Assembly (NCBI GenBank): GCA_038230375.1
Contig: JBBRNJ010000010.1
Location: 64,001 to 128,000, forward strand
Source: Polyangiales bacterium
Lineage (GTDB): Bacteria; Myxococcota_A; Polyangia; Polyangiales; Polyangiaceae
Length of the DNA stretch: 64,000 nt
Reading direction: 5' to 3'
Shown here one piece after another: positions 16,480 through 26,269 of this stretch. A program made the translations under genes and the position numbers. Below the pieces are notes generated by a model, which saw only the letters and a program-made list of their open reading frames with translations, was not told the origin of the DNA and did no database searches. Each line of letters begins with the position of its first letter. The stretch's first letter is position 1.

Positions 16480-18615
16480 ATGGATGACAGGCGCGATCCC
16501 AGGCCCGAGGGCGAACCGGCAAGCAAGCGTGTCGAGGTGATCGAGAGCCGCAACGCGGCCACGAGCGCCGTGCTCGATCTGAAGCGAGAGCTGATCCGGC
16601 TCACGGAGCGAGCTCAGGTCGTCGAGTCCTCGCTGACGGTGGAGCGACGTCAGCGCGGCGAAGCGCTCGCCGAGGTCGAGACCCACAAGGGGCGCGAGGC
16701 CGCCGCACAGGAGCGCGCGAAGGCCGCCGAGGAGCGCGCGAAGGCCGCCGAGGAGCGGACGAAGATCGCCGAGGTGCGCGCGAAGACCTCGGAGGGGCGG
16801 TCTCGAACGGCCGAAGATCGCGCGAAGATGACCGAGGACCGCGCGAACGCCGCGATCGAGCGCGCGAAGAAGGCGGAGGACCGCGCGAAGGCGAGCGAGG
16901 ACCAGGCGAAGGTCGCCGAGGACGAGGCCCGTGCCGCCGAGGAGCGGGCGATCACCGCGGAGGAGCACGCGAAGGTCTCGCACGAGCGCGCGAAGGCCGC
17001 CGAGGAGCGTGCGATCACCGCGGAGGAGCGCGCAAAGGCCACCGAGGAGCGCGCGCGGGCAACCGAGGAACGCGCGAAGGCCGCGGAGGAGCGCGCGAAG
17101 GCATCCGAGGACCGCGCCAAGGCTGCGGAGGACCGCGCAAGGGCCACCGACGTGCTCGCGAGGGCCGCGGAGGCGTTCGCCATGGAAGCGGAGGACCGCG
17201 CAAAGGCGGCCGAGCAGCAAGCCGAGGCAGAGAAGGAGAGGGCGGACGCATCGGAGGCCGCGGAGGCGGCGATAAGCCGCAACCTCCTCGAGCTCCACGA
17301 TGAAGTGAAGACGGCGTTCTCGCGCATTCCCTCGTTCGCGCCGCCGCCGCCGAGCGCAACGGAGACCGCGGTCGATCAGCTCGGCGTGGAGGACATCCCC
17401 GGCCCCGCTGCCATGCCGCGGATGTCGCGCTCGAAGCCACCGTCGCAAGCGCCCTCGCAACCATTGCGCCCGCTCTCCCAGCCTCCGTCAATCCCATCCC
17501 CCGCATCGCAGCCGCCGTCGGAGCCACCGAAGAAGGTGGTGGAGCCTGACCCGTTTCCTTCCATCAGACCTCCGCCGCCGGCGATCTACTCCAGTCCGCC
17601 GCCGCCTCAGCGGCTCCCTCCACCGCCCACTCCGCGACCGAAGCTGCGCTCGAATCCGCCCGACGCCACGCCAGCAGCGCCTGGGGTGCAGACCGTTGCG
17701 CGCGCCGTGACGCCGCGTCCGCCGCCCGTCGTACTGGACGTGCCGGTCGCCATGGGCTCCGTCGATCCGCCGATCGTGACGGCGCCGTCCATGTCGCGCT
17801 CCACGCCGGAGCTCGCCTCCCTGGATGACGAGTGGTCGAAGCCGATGCTGCTGGATATGCCTCTGCCGGTGCGGCAGGAGCGAGACGCATTGCTGCGTGA
17901 GCTCTCGGATCCAGAGAGCGCGCTCGCGGCCGTTGTCGCGCTCAAGGGGCGCGACTGGCTGAGAGGTCTCCCGCCCGAGTCGCTCGTGAACGACCTTGCC
18001 GCCATCGACTACGACGACGAGTGTGCGGTGTTCGAGATCGCGCGCGGGTGGGAGCGTGGGGCCATGTCCCAGTCGGTCGTCATTCATCTCCAGGCCGAGA
18101 CCGACGGCAAGCGCCGCGAGCACGACGCGTGGCTCGTGCAGCATCTTGGCGCCGCGACGGATTGCCAGGCGATCTGCGACATCGCGGTGCGACGAGAAGA
18201 GGCGACGGCCACGCGAATCTGGCTCCTCAAGGCGCTGGCGCGGCTGGCTGCGGCGCACTCGATCGACTGGCAGGAGTTGCTCACACCCATGATGATCATT
18301 GCGTTCGACCCCGACGCGACGATTCGCGATGGCGCGACGGCGGTGATCGATGCGCTGCCCAAGGGCGACGAGAAGCGCCGCATTCTCCTGGATATCCTGC
18401 GCAAGGACGATGACGAGAACGTCCTGTCGCGCGCGATCCAGGCCATCGGGGGCACGTTGCCCATCGAGATCGGAACCGCTCTGGCGGAGCGCCTCCTCAG
18501 CCACCGCAGCCCGCGCGTACAGGACGCCGTACGCGACCTCATTGCGCTTGCGCGCGCGCGTCGGTCCCAGATGCCGCCACCTCGCGGCAGCATGCCGCCC
18601 GGCTCCAGCAGCTAG
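16480..18615 (+). CDS. hypothetical protein: Ala/Glu/Arg heptad rod, Pro-rich linker, HEAT/ARM-like C-terminal domain
   Basis: 24 AEERAKA-type heptads; Pro-rich middle; 'DPDATIRDGA', 'DDDENVLSRAI', 'HRSPRVQDAV' HEAT-like motifs. Confidence 0.85.
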   Translation: MDDRRDPRPEGEPASKRVEVIESRNAATSAVLDLKRELIRLTERAQVVESSLTVERRQRGEALAEVETHKGREAAAQERAKAAEERAKAAEERTKIAEVRAKTSEGRSRTAEDRAKMTEDRANAAIERAKKAEDRAKASEDQAKVAEDEARAAEERAITAEEHAKVSHERAKAAEERAITAEERAKATEERARATEERAKAAEERAKASEDRAKAAEDRARATDVLARAAEAFAMEAEDRAKAAEQQAEAEKERADASEAAEAAISRNLLELHDEVKTAFSRIPSFAPPPPSATETAVDQLGVEDIPGPAAMPRMSRSKPPSQAPSQPLRPLSQPPSIPSPASQPPSEPPKKVVEPDPFPSIRPPPPAIYSSPPPPQRLPPPPTPRPKLRSNPPDATPAAPGVQTVARAVTPRPPPVVLDVPVAMGSVDPPIVTAPSMSRSTPELASLDDEWSKPMLLDMPLPVRQERDALLRELSDPESALAAVVALKGRDWLRGLPPESLVNDLAAIDYDDECAVFEIARGWERGAMSQSVVIHLQAETDGKRREHDAWLVQHLGAATDCQAICDIAVRREEATATRIWLLKALARLAAAHSIDWQELLTPMMIIAFDPDATIRDGATAVIDALPKGDEKRRILLDILRKDDDENVLSRAIQAIGGTLPIEIGTALAERLLSHRSPRVQDAVRDLIALARARRSQMPPPRGSMPPGSSS
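16705..17208 (+). repeat. 24 degenerate 21-bp coding tandem repeats (GCCGAGGAGCGCGCGAAGGCC-like)
   Basis: Counted AQERAKA through AEDRAKA = 24 heptads, 504 nt. Confidence 0.85.
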
Positions 18616-18621
18616 TTCGCC

Positions 18622-19431
18622 ATGACCGTCACCCTGACGATCCGCTTGCCCCCTCCGCGAATGCCGGCGTGGTACCCGCCGCAGGATCCTGCCGCGCCTC
18701 ATGTCTACGAGCTGGGCGAATCCCAGATGAAGTTCGTGCAGCGCGTGCTGCTGCGCGCCGGCGTCCTTGCAGGGCCTGACAACTTCGACGGCTCCGTCGA
18801 GAGCTGTGGTGCGATCGCACGTGCGCTCAGAGGGCTCGTTGGCGACACACGCGAAGGTGGCGCGTTCGATGAGCTCCACACCGAGTCGATGCGAAACGAT
18901 CTGTTTCACTTCGGAGCCTTCAACGCCGTCGCGGCCGACTGCGACGGCTACGAGGTCGCCGGTGACGTGCCGGACGTCCCGGAGAGCGAAGCCGGGAACG
19001 AGAATGGCGACGACGACAACGACGAAGAGCTGGAGCCGTTCCTCGACTGGGCCGCACTGCGAGCATGGGCCGCCGAGAGCTACGAGATCGAGGACGAGGG
19101 AGGAGACATCTTCTCGTTCGTGGTGGACTGGACGGACACCGAGCGGACGCAGCGCGTGGTCGTGCGCCCAGCGACGGTCCAGGACGAGATGTGTGCCGTC
19201 TTCGCGAGCTTCGTTGCGCGCAAGGATCAGGTGGACCCCTGGCTCTTGCTGTCACGCAACCTGACGGACGCGTTCGCCACGTTCGGTCTGGACGATGAAG
19301 GGCGCGTCCTTCTCACCTGCACATTCCCCGTCGCCGTGCTGGCCCCCGGGCGATTTCACGCGATCGTGGACGTGCTTGCGGCTCGCGCGGACGACGCCGA
19401 GCACGAATTCACGGACGCCGACGAGTTCTGA
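18622..19431 (+). CDS. hypothetical protein with C-terminal YbjN/T3SS-chaperone-like (TY-Chap) domain
   Basis: C-terminal ~130 aa 'W..LR.W....Y.I....RTQRVVV...FAS.V....VDP..LL.RN...LA.RAD..E...T..DEF' resembles CesT/YbjN-like chaperones; acidic linker precedes it. Confidence 0.65.
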   Translation: MTVTLTIRLPPPRMPAWYPPQDPAAPHVYELGESQMKFVQRVLLRAGVLAGPDNFDGSVESCGAIARALRGLVGDTREGGAFDELHTESMRNDLFHFGAFNAVAADCDGYEVAGDVPDVPESEAGNENGDDDNDEELEPFLDWAALRAWAAESYEIEDEGGDIFSFVVDWTDTERTQRVVVRPATVQDEMCAVFASFVARKDQVDPWLLLSRNLTDAFATFGLDDEGRVLLTCTFPVAVLAPGRFHAIVDVLAARADDAEHEFTDADEF

Positions 19432-19436
19432 ACACC

Positions 19437-20117
19437 ATGCGCGCGCTCAGCACGGGCCAGTGGGAAGAAGAGGTCTTGGGCGACCTGCGCTACCGCGTGC
19501 TCTTGCCCCACGACTACTCGCCCGCGCGCAAGTACCCCCTCGTGGTGTTCCTCCACGGCAGCGGCGAGCGTGGCAGCGACAACGTCGCGCAGCTCACCAA
19601 GGGCGTTGGGGCCTTCAACACCAAGCACGTTCGCTCGCGCTTTCCGTGCATCGTCGTTGCGCCGCAGGCACCGGGCGGCGGCTCGTTCGGCGGGGCGTGG
19701 TACCCCGGGCTCTGGGCCACGCAGGACGCAGTGGCGCGACTCACGCGCGAGCTCGCGGGGCGACGCACCGTCGATCGCAGTCGGATGTACCTGGCAGGGC
19801 TCTCCATGGGCGCCATCGGCGGCTGGGAGCTCCTGGTGCGCCACCCGGAGCTCTTCGCGGCGGCGATGCTCGTGTGTGGTGAGCCGAAGGTCGGGTGGGC
19901 GGAAGCGCTCGCCGGCATTCCGGTCTGGGCGTTCCACGGCTCCGCGGACGACGTGGTGCCCGTGGAGCCAGCCAAGGCGCTGTGCGAGGAGCTCACGCGC
20001 CGCGGCAGTCCCGTGAAGTGGACGGAGTACGCGGGCGTGGGGCACAGCTCGTGGGACCGCGCCTTCGGCGAAGCGGCGGTCTACGAGTGGCTCTTCGCCC
20101 ATAGGCGCGGCGCGTGA
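19437..20117 (+). CDS. alpha/beta hydrolase (carboxylesterase / predicted peptidase family)
   Basis: YPLVVFLHGSGERG, GLSMG nucleophile elbow, FHG..DDVVP, GVGH. Confidence 0.9.
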   Translation: MRALSTGQWEEEVLGDLRYRVLLPHDYSPARKYPLVVFLHGSGERGSDNVAQLTKGVGAFNTKHVRSRFPCIVVAPQAPGGGSFGGAWYPGLWATQDAVARLTRELAGRRTVDRSRMYLAGLSMGAIGGWELLVRHPELFAAAMLVCGEPKVGWAEALAGIPVWAFHGSADDVVPVEPAKALCEELTRRGSPVKWTEYAGVGHSSWDRAFGEAAVYEWLFAHRRGA

Positions 20118-20176
20118 ACGCGCTTCAGTGCTCGATCCTCACGACGCTCAAAGATGGCAGCTCGCTCGAAGGTCAC

Positions 20177-20438
20177 TCACTGCGCGGCTGCCCTTTCGGC
20201 AACCGGGTTCTCGGTCGCGTGGAAGACGCGCGTGGTCGGAAAGGCCAGGTGCACGTCGGGCAACGCTTCGATGGCCGCGAGCACGAACTCCCACATGTCC
20301 CCGCGATGATGCTCGCGAGACGCGGCGCACCAGGGCATAGGCGAGCAAGACGACGATGGACAGCAGGATGCGCCACGCCAGCGGCGACGTACCGAACGTC
20401 GTGTGGAATGCCTCTTCGGCGCGGGTGAACGGGTTCAA
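20177..20438 (-). pseudogene. internally deleted, frameshifted MscS-family mechanosensitive channel remnant
   Basis: TTG start with GAGGAGG SD, coupled to the upstream gene, encodes one TM helix. A different frame (20296-20177) reads MWEFVLAAIEALPDVHLAFPTTRVF..., resembling an MscS C-terminus. Confidence 0.6.
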
Positions 20439-20707
20439 GACTCCTCCTCTTTGGCCTTGGCCTTGCCCTTCTCGCCGTCCTCGTCACGACCGACCTCGCG
20501 CGCGGAGCCGAACATCGAGAAGCCGCCCGCGATGGCCGCGATGCCCATGAGCGGGAGCATCAGGTACACGAGCGCGTCCCCAGCGCGTTCGTTCTTGTGG
20601 AGGTGGGTCATCCGGTAGCAACCCGCGCCGCCAAACCCGAGCCCCGCGCAGATGAACACGACGCCTCCGACCCACATCGTGTAGCGACCCCCGCCCATTC
20701 CAGCCAT
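20435..20707 (-). CDS. small two-TM membrane protein
   Basis: 90 aa, two hydrophobic segments, charged tail, leaderless -10 upstream. Confidence 0.7.
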   Translation of the reverse strand: MAGMGGGRYTMWVGGVVFICAGLGFGGAGCYRMTHLHKNERAGDALVYLMLPLMGIAAIAGGFSMFGSAREVGRDEDGEKGKAKAKEEES

Positions 20708-20713
20708 GGAGAC

Positions 20714-20719
20714 AGTCTA
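20714..20719 (-). promoter_or_regulatory. -10 box TAGACT, leaderless start
   Basis: 6 nt before ATG at 20707. Confidence 0.55.
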
Positions 20720-20784
20720 CCTCTGGAAGCGGGCGCCCAGTGATCGCAACGCGCACGTCGTTTTCGCGTAGGCTCGGAATCGCG

Positions 20785-21270
20785 ATGGTAGCTCTCACGT
20801 CAAAGACCCAGCGTGCCGTCTGCGCCCTCGCCCTGCTCTCGCTCACGAGCTGCGACCCGCTCGTCGGAGTGAGCCTGCGGATCAATGTGCCTGCCGCCAC
20901 GCAGGCCGCGTACAGCGGTGGCTACCCCGCGGAGGTCGTCGTGTTGTACCACCGCAGCGGGATGATCGGCGAGATCGAGTACTACCGCGTGGGCGTGCTC
21001 TGCGAGGCGACCCCGCAGCCGATCACGTTCAAGGCAGGCTTCGGCGGAATCGGCTGCGCGGACGAGAAGCCCGTGAAGGCCTGGATCCTCCCGCTCGGAC
21101 CGGGTGACAAGCGGGCGTGCGGACAGAGTCCGGAGCCCGAGCGCCTCCTCGACAAGCAGGTATCGGAGAAGCCGTGGGGCGAGGCGGTGGTGTTTCCAGG
21201 GGTGAAGAACAGCTGCGGCAACCGCGAGACCGAGGTCGACGTGAACCTCACCGCACCCGCCCAGAAGTAG
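20785..21270 (+). CDS. hypothetical lipoprotein
   Basis: Signal ending LTS-C; four further Cys; start uncertain (20740 or 20785). Confidence 0.72.
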   Translation: MVALTSKTQRAVCALALLSLTSCDPLVGVSLRINVPAATQAAYSGGYPAEVVVLYHRSGMIGEIEYYRVGVLCEATPQPITFKAGFGGIGCADEKPVKAWILPLGPGDKRACGQSPEPERLLDKQVSEKPWGEAVVFPGVKNSCGNRETEVDVNLTAPAQK

Positions 21271-21288
21271 GGTGCGGGCCGAGCTGCG

Positions 21289-23187
21289 CTACGCCTTCTT
21301 CGCAGCTGCACGTGACTGTGCGATGAGCGCGATCGCGAACGAGCCAGTCCCGAGCAACATCGCCAGCGAAAACCACAGCGAGACTCGCTCGGGCCAGGCG
21401 CGCGTGGCCAGCGCGGCGGCGATGAATGGGACCACGCTGATCGCAAGCCTTCGCTCGACCGCAATCGCGCCAGCACCCAGCGACGCTGCCATCACCCAGA
21501 GGTCCACGAGCATCGCCGTCTCGACAGCACCGCCCGTCAGCGCGCACGCGGTCCGATCAAGAAGCCAGAACGCGAGAGCCATGAAGAAGAACGCGCCAAG
21601 CCGGCGGTTGAAGGCGCTCTTGAAAGCCCATCCGCGAATCGCGAAGGCGACACCACCAGTCAGGACCATCATGATCCCGACCATCGCGACTGACACCCAG
21701 ACATTGCGCTCGTCGGCCACGTTCGTATGAACCATGAAGGCGATGACGACACTGATGGCCGCCGCGCCCAGCACAACGGCGAGCCGCGGCACCAGACCGG
21801 CGCTCGGATCCACGTCTCGACCCAGCGCCTCCAGCCGTCCCGCCTCGCTCCGCTGGGCCATAAGGTTTGCGCGCACGTCCGCCACCCGCTTTTCGAGCGC
21901 GGCGTCTGGCACTGCGAGCTCGTCCAGCAAGGCGTCGGCACTGTCGACGTGGCCCTGACGCAGCTCGAGCTCCACGAGCGCGGTGACGGACTCGCGCGCC
22001 CCTGCGTTGGCTTCCTCGTGGGTCGGGTACGAGCGCAGGCACTGCGCGAAGCCAAACCGGGCCTCCGTGATCAGGCGGTATGCCGCCGTCAGGTTCGTGG
22101 GGGCAGCATCGGGAGGCGCGGAAACCATGAGCTCGCGGAAGGCGGAGAGCCGCTCACGTGCCGCGTCCGAGAGCTCCAGCGCCGCGCGGTTCTGCATGAA
22201 GGCGAGAATCACGTCTCGAAACTCCTCGGCCGACTGCGGTCGCTCGTCGGGCGCGCGCCTCGTGGCCCGGTTGCAGAGATCTGCGAGCTGCGAGGGAACG
22301 TCGGGCCCGTAGACCACCGCAGCGGATGCAAGGGCCGACTCTCCCGCTGCACGCAGATCGTGGTCGGCATGACGGAGCGCGCCCGTGAGCACGTTGTGAA
22401 GCATCGCGCCGAGCAGGTAGACATCCGTGCGCTCGTCCACGACGCCACCAAGAAACATCTCGGGAGCCATGAAGCCGGGGGTGCCAACCAGGAACGACTC
22501 CGCAGGCCCCTTCTTCGTCGCGATGCCCCAGTCGAGCAGGTAGACCTCGCCGAAGCGCCCGACCATCACGTTCGCAGGCTTGATGTCACGATGGATGACG
22601 CCGCGCGCGTGCGCGAAGTCCAGCGTGCGGCTCACCTGCAGGACGATCTCCAGCTTCGCGGTGAGGCGGTCGACATTCTTTCCCTGACGCCCGAGCCAGA
22701 TCGGATGGTCCGGCGCCGCCAGCAGCTCGCTGAAGTCCGCGCCTTCCACGCGCTTCATCACCAGCAGCGGCTGGCCACGCGAGTCCACGCCCAGCGCGTG
22801 AACAGGGACGACGCCCGGATGCTCGAGTGCACCCGTGGTGCGCGCTTCGCGAAGAAGCGCGAGTGCTAGCTGGTGGGGCGCGCCGTCCTTCAAGGTCTTG
22901 ACCGCAACGTCTCGCTCGAGCGATCGCTGGCGCGCAAGGTGGATGCGCCCCATGCCACCCTCGCCGAGGATGCTTGTCAGCGACAGGTCGCTAGCGGCGT
23001 TCTGCGGCGCCGTGGAGTCCATCTGAAGGGAGACATGCGGGAGCGCCGCCACGGCGATTGTCGCAGCGACCGCTTGCTCGAGCGAATCATGGCGAATCGT
23101 GTTCGCGAGCCATGCCGCGCCTGGTCCCGCAGGCAATTCGACCGTGGCAAGGCGTGTTTCGAGCATTCGTTCGTCGGACGCGGTCAT
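21289..23187 (-). CDS. Ser/Thr protein kinase (DWG variant) with C-terminal multi-pass membrane domain
   Basis: LGEGGMG, VAVK, HRDIKPAN, DWG, GTPGFMAPE; about 6 C-terminal hydrophobic helices. Confidence 0.92.
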   Translation of the reverse strand: MTASDERMLETRLATVELPAGPGAAWLANTIRHDSLEQAVAATIAVAALPHVSLQMDSTAPQNAASDLSLTSILGEGGMGRIHLARQRSLERDVAVKTLKDGAPHQLALALLREARTTGALEHPGVVPVHALGVDSRGQPLLVMKRVEGADFSELLAAPDHPIWLGRQGKNVDRLTAKLEIVLQVSRTLDFAHARGVIHRDIKPANVMVGRFGEVYLLDWGIATKKGPAESFLVGTPGFMAPEMFLGGVVDERTDVYLLGAMLHNVLTGALRHADHDLRAAGESALASAAVVYGPDVPSQLADLCNRATRRAPDERPQSAEEFRDVILAFMQNRAALELSDAARERLSAFRELMVSAPPDAAPTNLTAAYRLITEARFGFAQCLRSYPTHEEANAGARESVTALVELELRQGHVDSADALLDELAVPDAALEKRVADVRANLMAQRSEAGRLEALGRDVDPSAGLVPRLAVVLGAAAISVVIAFMVHTNVADERNVWVSVAMVGIMMVLTGGVAFAIRGWAFKSAFNRRLGAFFFMALAFWLLDRTACALTGGAVETAMLVDLWVMAASLGAGAIAVERRLAISVVPFIAAALATRAWPERVSLWFSLAMLLGTGSFAIALIAQSRAAAKKA

Positions 23188-23193
23188 GCACCG

Positions 23194-23199
23194 AAGATA
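23194..23199 (-). promoter_or_regulatory. -10 box TATCTT, leaderless start
   Basis: 6 nt before ATG at 23187. Confidence 0.55.
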
Positions 23200-23256
23200 C
23201 CCCGGTCACGAGGAACGCGCATGGACGAGCCCATCAACTGGCCGTACGCTCGGTTC

Positions 23257-24969
23257 GTGACGTTCCTCTATGGCGACTCCACGATGGCTCCCTTCGACGA
23301 GAACTTTCTCGAGGCGCTCCGCGACGCCATGGACTTCGCGGCGGCGATCGCAGAGTCCGATGAGAAGATCGTCACCGCCGACGCGCGCAAGCTGGCCTGC
23401 ACCCAGGCTGCCGACGCCGAGGCCGCGCGCCTGGAAGGTCTCGCGCGCGCCATGCTCGACGCAGCGTCCGGCGCGGAGAAGGGTCAGGCGAGCTCGCCCA
23501 CGAACGCGCTTGCAGCGGCGCTCACCGCGGTGGTGTCGGAGCGCCACCGCGACGCGACGCTGGCAGTGACGGCGAAGCTGACGGAGGATGTTCGCGCGAT
23601 CGACGTGGCGGCGCTCAACGCTCAGAGCCGATACCGCGACGCGCTCGAGGTCTACCTGCTGCTGCGGGAGCCTCCCGACGCCCAGAGCCAGCTCACGCTC
23701 ACGCTCACTTCGGGTGGCAAGAATGACGATCACTACGACGCGGCGACGACAGGCTGGTCGGACCTTGGCCTCACGTGGGAGATCGAGCATGCCGTGCCCG
23801 AAGGTGGGCCATGGTCGAAGGCGGTACGCGTGGACCGCGTGCTCGCAGATGGTCTCTCGATAAAGGCCCCGCAGAAGTCGGGGCTCATCAAGAAGGAGGT
23901 GAAGGTCAAGAAGCAGAAGCTCGACCGACATCTCGTCACGAAGCTGGTCGACGACGGCAGCACGCTGTTCATCGAGCTGCGGACGGAGCTCGGCGGGGAC
24001 ACGGGCCTGGATCTTTCGGTGCAACTCGAGAACCGCGTGACTGCCGCGCGGGTTGGTCCGGAGGGCGAGATGGGAATCGGCCCCTTCGACGTCGACCCCG
24101 GCGACATCGGCCCGCTCGTTTCCTTCGCCGAGAAGCTCCGGGAGACGTCTCTCGCGCTTCCGCGGAAGCGGCTTGTGTCCGCGCTCTTCGATGGTGCGCC
24201 GTTCGACGGCAGCGCAGCGGAGCATCAGCCGAAGCTCGTGGCGATCGTGTCCAGGCTCGTCGCGAAGCTGGCGCCAGTCGTCGCGGAGATCGCGGCGCGC
24301 TCGCGTGCAGACGACGAGCTGGTCCTGCGGCGCTCGCTGCGCGATGGTCACCGCGAGGAGATTTTCCTGCCGAAGGGGATGCTCCGCGGCAAGCTCGGCT
24401 CACTGGGTACCGCCCACGCCGAGCTGTTCGCGCCTCTCCGCCTGGAGGCGCCAGCGAAGGTCCCGGTGCCATTCTCGGCGAATGAGCCGCCGACCATACC
24501 CACCGTGCGCTCCAAGGTGGCGTCGTCGATCCCGGTGCCCACCGGCGGCCTCTCGCGCCCCGCGCTCCTCGTGAAGCGCGCCGTGCCCGCGCCGCAGCCA
24601 GAAGCGCCGCGAGCGGAAACGGACTACGTCGCGTTGTTCTCGAGCGCTGCGTTCGCCACGCGAAGCGTCGACGATCGGCGCGAGGCCCTGCGGAAGATGA
24701 TCTTCGCGGAGCCCTCACCCCAGCCAGGCGATGAGATGCGCAGCGCCCATCAGGCGGCGGTTGCAGCGCTCCAGCTCCTGATCGTGGAGCACCGCGATCC
24801 AGCCGACTACGAGATGCTCGGGCTCGCGTACAACGCCATCGGCGAAACCGGACAGGCGACCGAGATCTGGAAGAAGGCGCTCGACCTGGAGCGAGCGCGA
24901 AACCCCGAATCCGACCTGTGCTCAAGCTTGCAACGGCGCGTAGGCCCCCCGGCAGCCAGCGGGACTTGA
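23257..24969 (+). CDS. myxobacterial-type hypothetical protein with C-terminal TPR
   Basis: N-terminal 'FLYGDST..PF..NF.E.LRDA.DF' motif; C-terminal 'YEMLGLAY..IGE..QA...WKKALDLE' TPR; start could be 23221. Confidence 0.75.
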   Translation: MTFLYGDSTMAPFDENFLEALRDAMDFAAAIAESDEKIVTADARKLACTQAADAEAARLEGLARAMLDAASGAEKGQASSPTNALAAALTAVVSERHRDATLAVTAKLTEDVRAIDVAALNAQSRYRDALEVYLLLREPPDAQSQLTLTLTSGGKNDDHYDAATTGWSDLGLTWEIEHAVPEGGPWSKAVRVDRVLADGLSIKAPQKSGLIKKEVKVKKQKLDRHLVTKLVDDGSTLFIELRTELGGDTGLDLSVQLENRVTAARVGPEGEMGIGPFDVDPGDIGPLVSFAEKLRETSLALPRKRLVSALFDGAPFDGSAAEHQPKLVAIVSRLVAKLAPVVAEIAARSRADDELVLRRSLRDGHREEIFLPKGMLRGKLGSLGTAHAELFAPLRLEAPAKVPVPFSANEPPTIPTVRSKVASSIPVPTGGLSRPALLVKRAVPAPQPEAPRAETDYVALFSSAAFATRSVDDRREALRKMIFAEPSPQPGDEMRSAHQAAVAALQLLIVEHRDPADYEMLGLAYNAIGETGQATEIWKKALDLERARNPESDLCSSLQRRVGPPAASGT

Positions 24970-24983
24970 GGCGTCGGGAAGGC

Positions 24984-24989
24984 TATTCT
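24984..24989 (+). promoter_or_regulatory. -10 box TATTCT, leaderless start
   Basis: 6 nt before GTG at 24996. Confidence 0.55.
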
Positions 24990-24995
24990 TCCCGC

Positions 24996-25637
24996 GTGGA
25001 CCCGAAACGCCGCTCCGAGAAAGAGCTCCTGGAGCTCACGGCCCGAACGCTTGCGCACTACCAGAAGAACGCTGCGTCGTTCGCCGAGGCGACTGCGCTT
25101 CACGACGTATCGCAGAACTACGCGGCGCTCCTTGGTGCCATCAAGACGTCGCCGCCGTCTCGCATCCTCGATCTCGGGTGTGGTCCCGGCCGCGACCTTG
25201 CGTGGTTCAAGTCGCAGGGCCACGAGGCGGTGGGCCTGGACGGTTCGCTCGCCTTCGTCGAGATGGCGCGCAAGGCCACGGGCTGCACGGTCCTTCACCA
25301 GAACTTCCTGGCGCTGGAGCTCCCGCCCGCGCACTTCGACGGTGTGTTCGCCAACGCCTCGCTCTTCCACGTACCCGTTCAGGAGCTCCCACGCGTGCTG
25401 CGCGAGCTCCACGACGCGCTGGTGTCGGGCGGCGTTCTGTTCTCCTCCAATCCGCGCGGACTCGACACCGAGGAGCAGAACGGGGAGCGCTTCGGTGCGT
25501 TCCACACGCTCGAATCGTGGCGCGTCTTCGTGGAGGGCGCCGGCTTCACGGAGGTTGCGCACTACTACCGTCCGGCCGGAAAACCGCGCGAGGAGCAGCC
25601 GTGGCTCGCGACCGTGTGGCGCGCGCTTCAGAGGTAG
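24996..25637 (+). CDS. class I SAM-dependent methyltransferase
   Basis: ILDLGCGPGRD motif I, FDGVFANASLFHVP, HYYRP.G.PRE.QPWLA. Confidence 0.92.
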   Translation: MDPKRRSEKELLELTARTLAHYQKNAASFAEATALHDVSQNYAALLGAIKTSPPSRILDLGCGPGRDLAWFKSQGHEAVGLDGSLAFVEMARKATGCTVLHQNFLALELPPAHFDGVFANASLFHVPVQELPRVLRELHDALVSGGVLFSSNPRGLDTEEQNGERFGAFHTLESWRVFVEGAGFTEVAHYYRPAGKPREEQPWLATVWRALQR

Positions 25638-26269
25638 CCACGCTCCAGCGCCTTGAGGACCGCGCGCGTGCGGTCCCGTACGCCGAGCTTGGAGAGAATG
25701 TTCGACGTGTGGTTCTTCACCGTGCCCTCGGCCACGCCCAGGGCGTCGGCGATCTCGCGGTTGCTCATTCCCGCAGCGATGAGCCGCAGGATCTCGATCT
25801 CGCGCTCCGTCAAGGGATCCGCCGCTCCGTCCAGCGCATCGAAGTCCAGTCCCTCGTCGCGGACACGGTCACGTGCGCGCGCGCTGGTGGCCTTGATCAG
25901 GGTCTTCCCGGCGGCCACTGCGCGAACGGCCTCCGCGAGCTCCTCCAGCTCCACGTCCTTCAACAAGAATCCCGCGATGCCGGCAGCGATGCCCTCGCGC
26001 AGCGCCTCGTCGTCGTCGAATGTGGTGAGGAGGATCGTTGGCGGCGCGAAGCCTGCGGCCTTGCACCGACGTAGTGCCTCGATGCCGCTGCATCCCGGCA
26101 TGCGTACGTCGAACAGCGCCACGTCAGGCCGTGCGCTCGCGACCTTGCGAACGGCCTCTTCGCCGCCCGTGGCCTCCTCGACGACGCGAATGTCCGCGGT
26201 CAGATCGAGCAAACCGCGGATGCCCTTCCTCACGAGCGCCTGATCGTCCGCCAGCACGATCCGGATCAT
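25628..26269 (-). CDS. NarL/LuxR-family response regulator
   Basis: ADDQ, DVRMP receiver motifs; LTEREIEIL...GMSNREIA..L...EGTVKNH HTH. Confidence 0.95.
   Translation of the reverse strand: MIRIVLADDQALVRKGIRGLLDLTADIRVVEEATGGEEAVRKVASARPDVALFDVRMPGCSGIEALRRCKAAGFAPPTILLTTFDDDEALREGIAAGIAGFLLKDVELEELAEAVRAVAAGKTLIKATSARARDRVRDEGLDFDALDGAADPLTEREIEILRLIAAGMSNREIADALGVAEGTVKNHTSNILSKLGVRDRTRAVLKALERGYL

Noticed and set aside
16705..17208. Regular 21-bp repeats as a CRISPR array
   Set aside because: Contiguous degenerate in-frame coding repeats with no spacers and no cas genes.
22520..22545. DWG instead of DFG as a sign of a pseudokinase
   Set aside because: The Mg-binding Asp, VAVK Lys and HRDIKPAN loop are intact; DWG is a tolerated variant.
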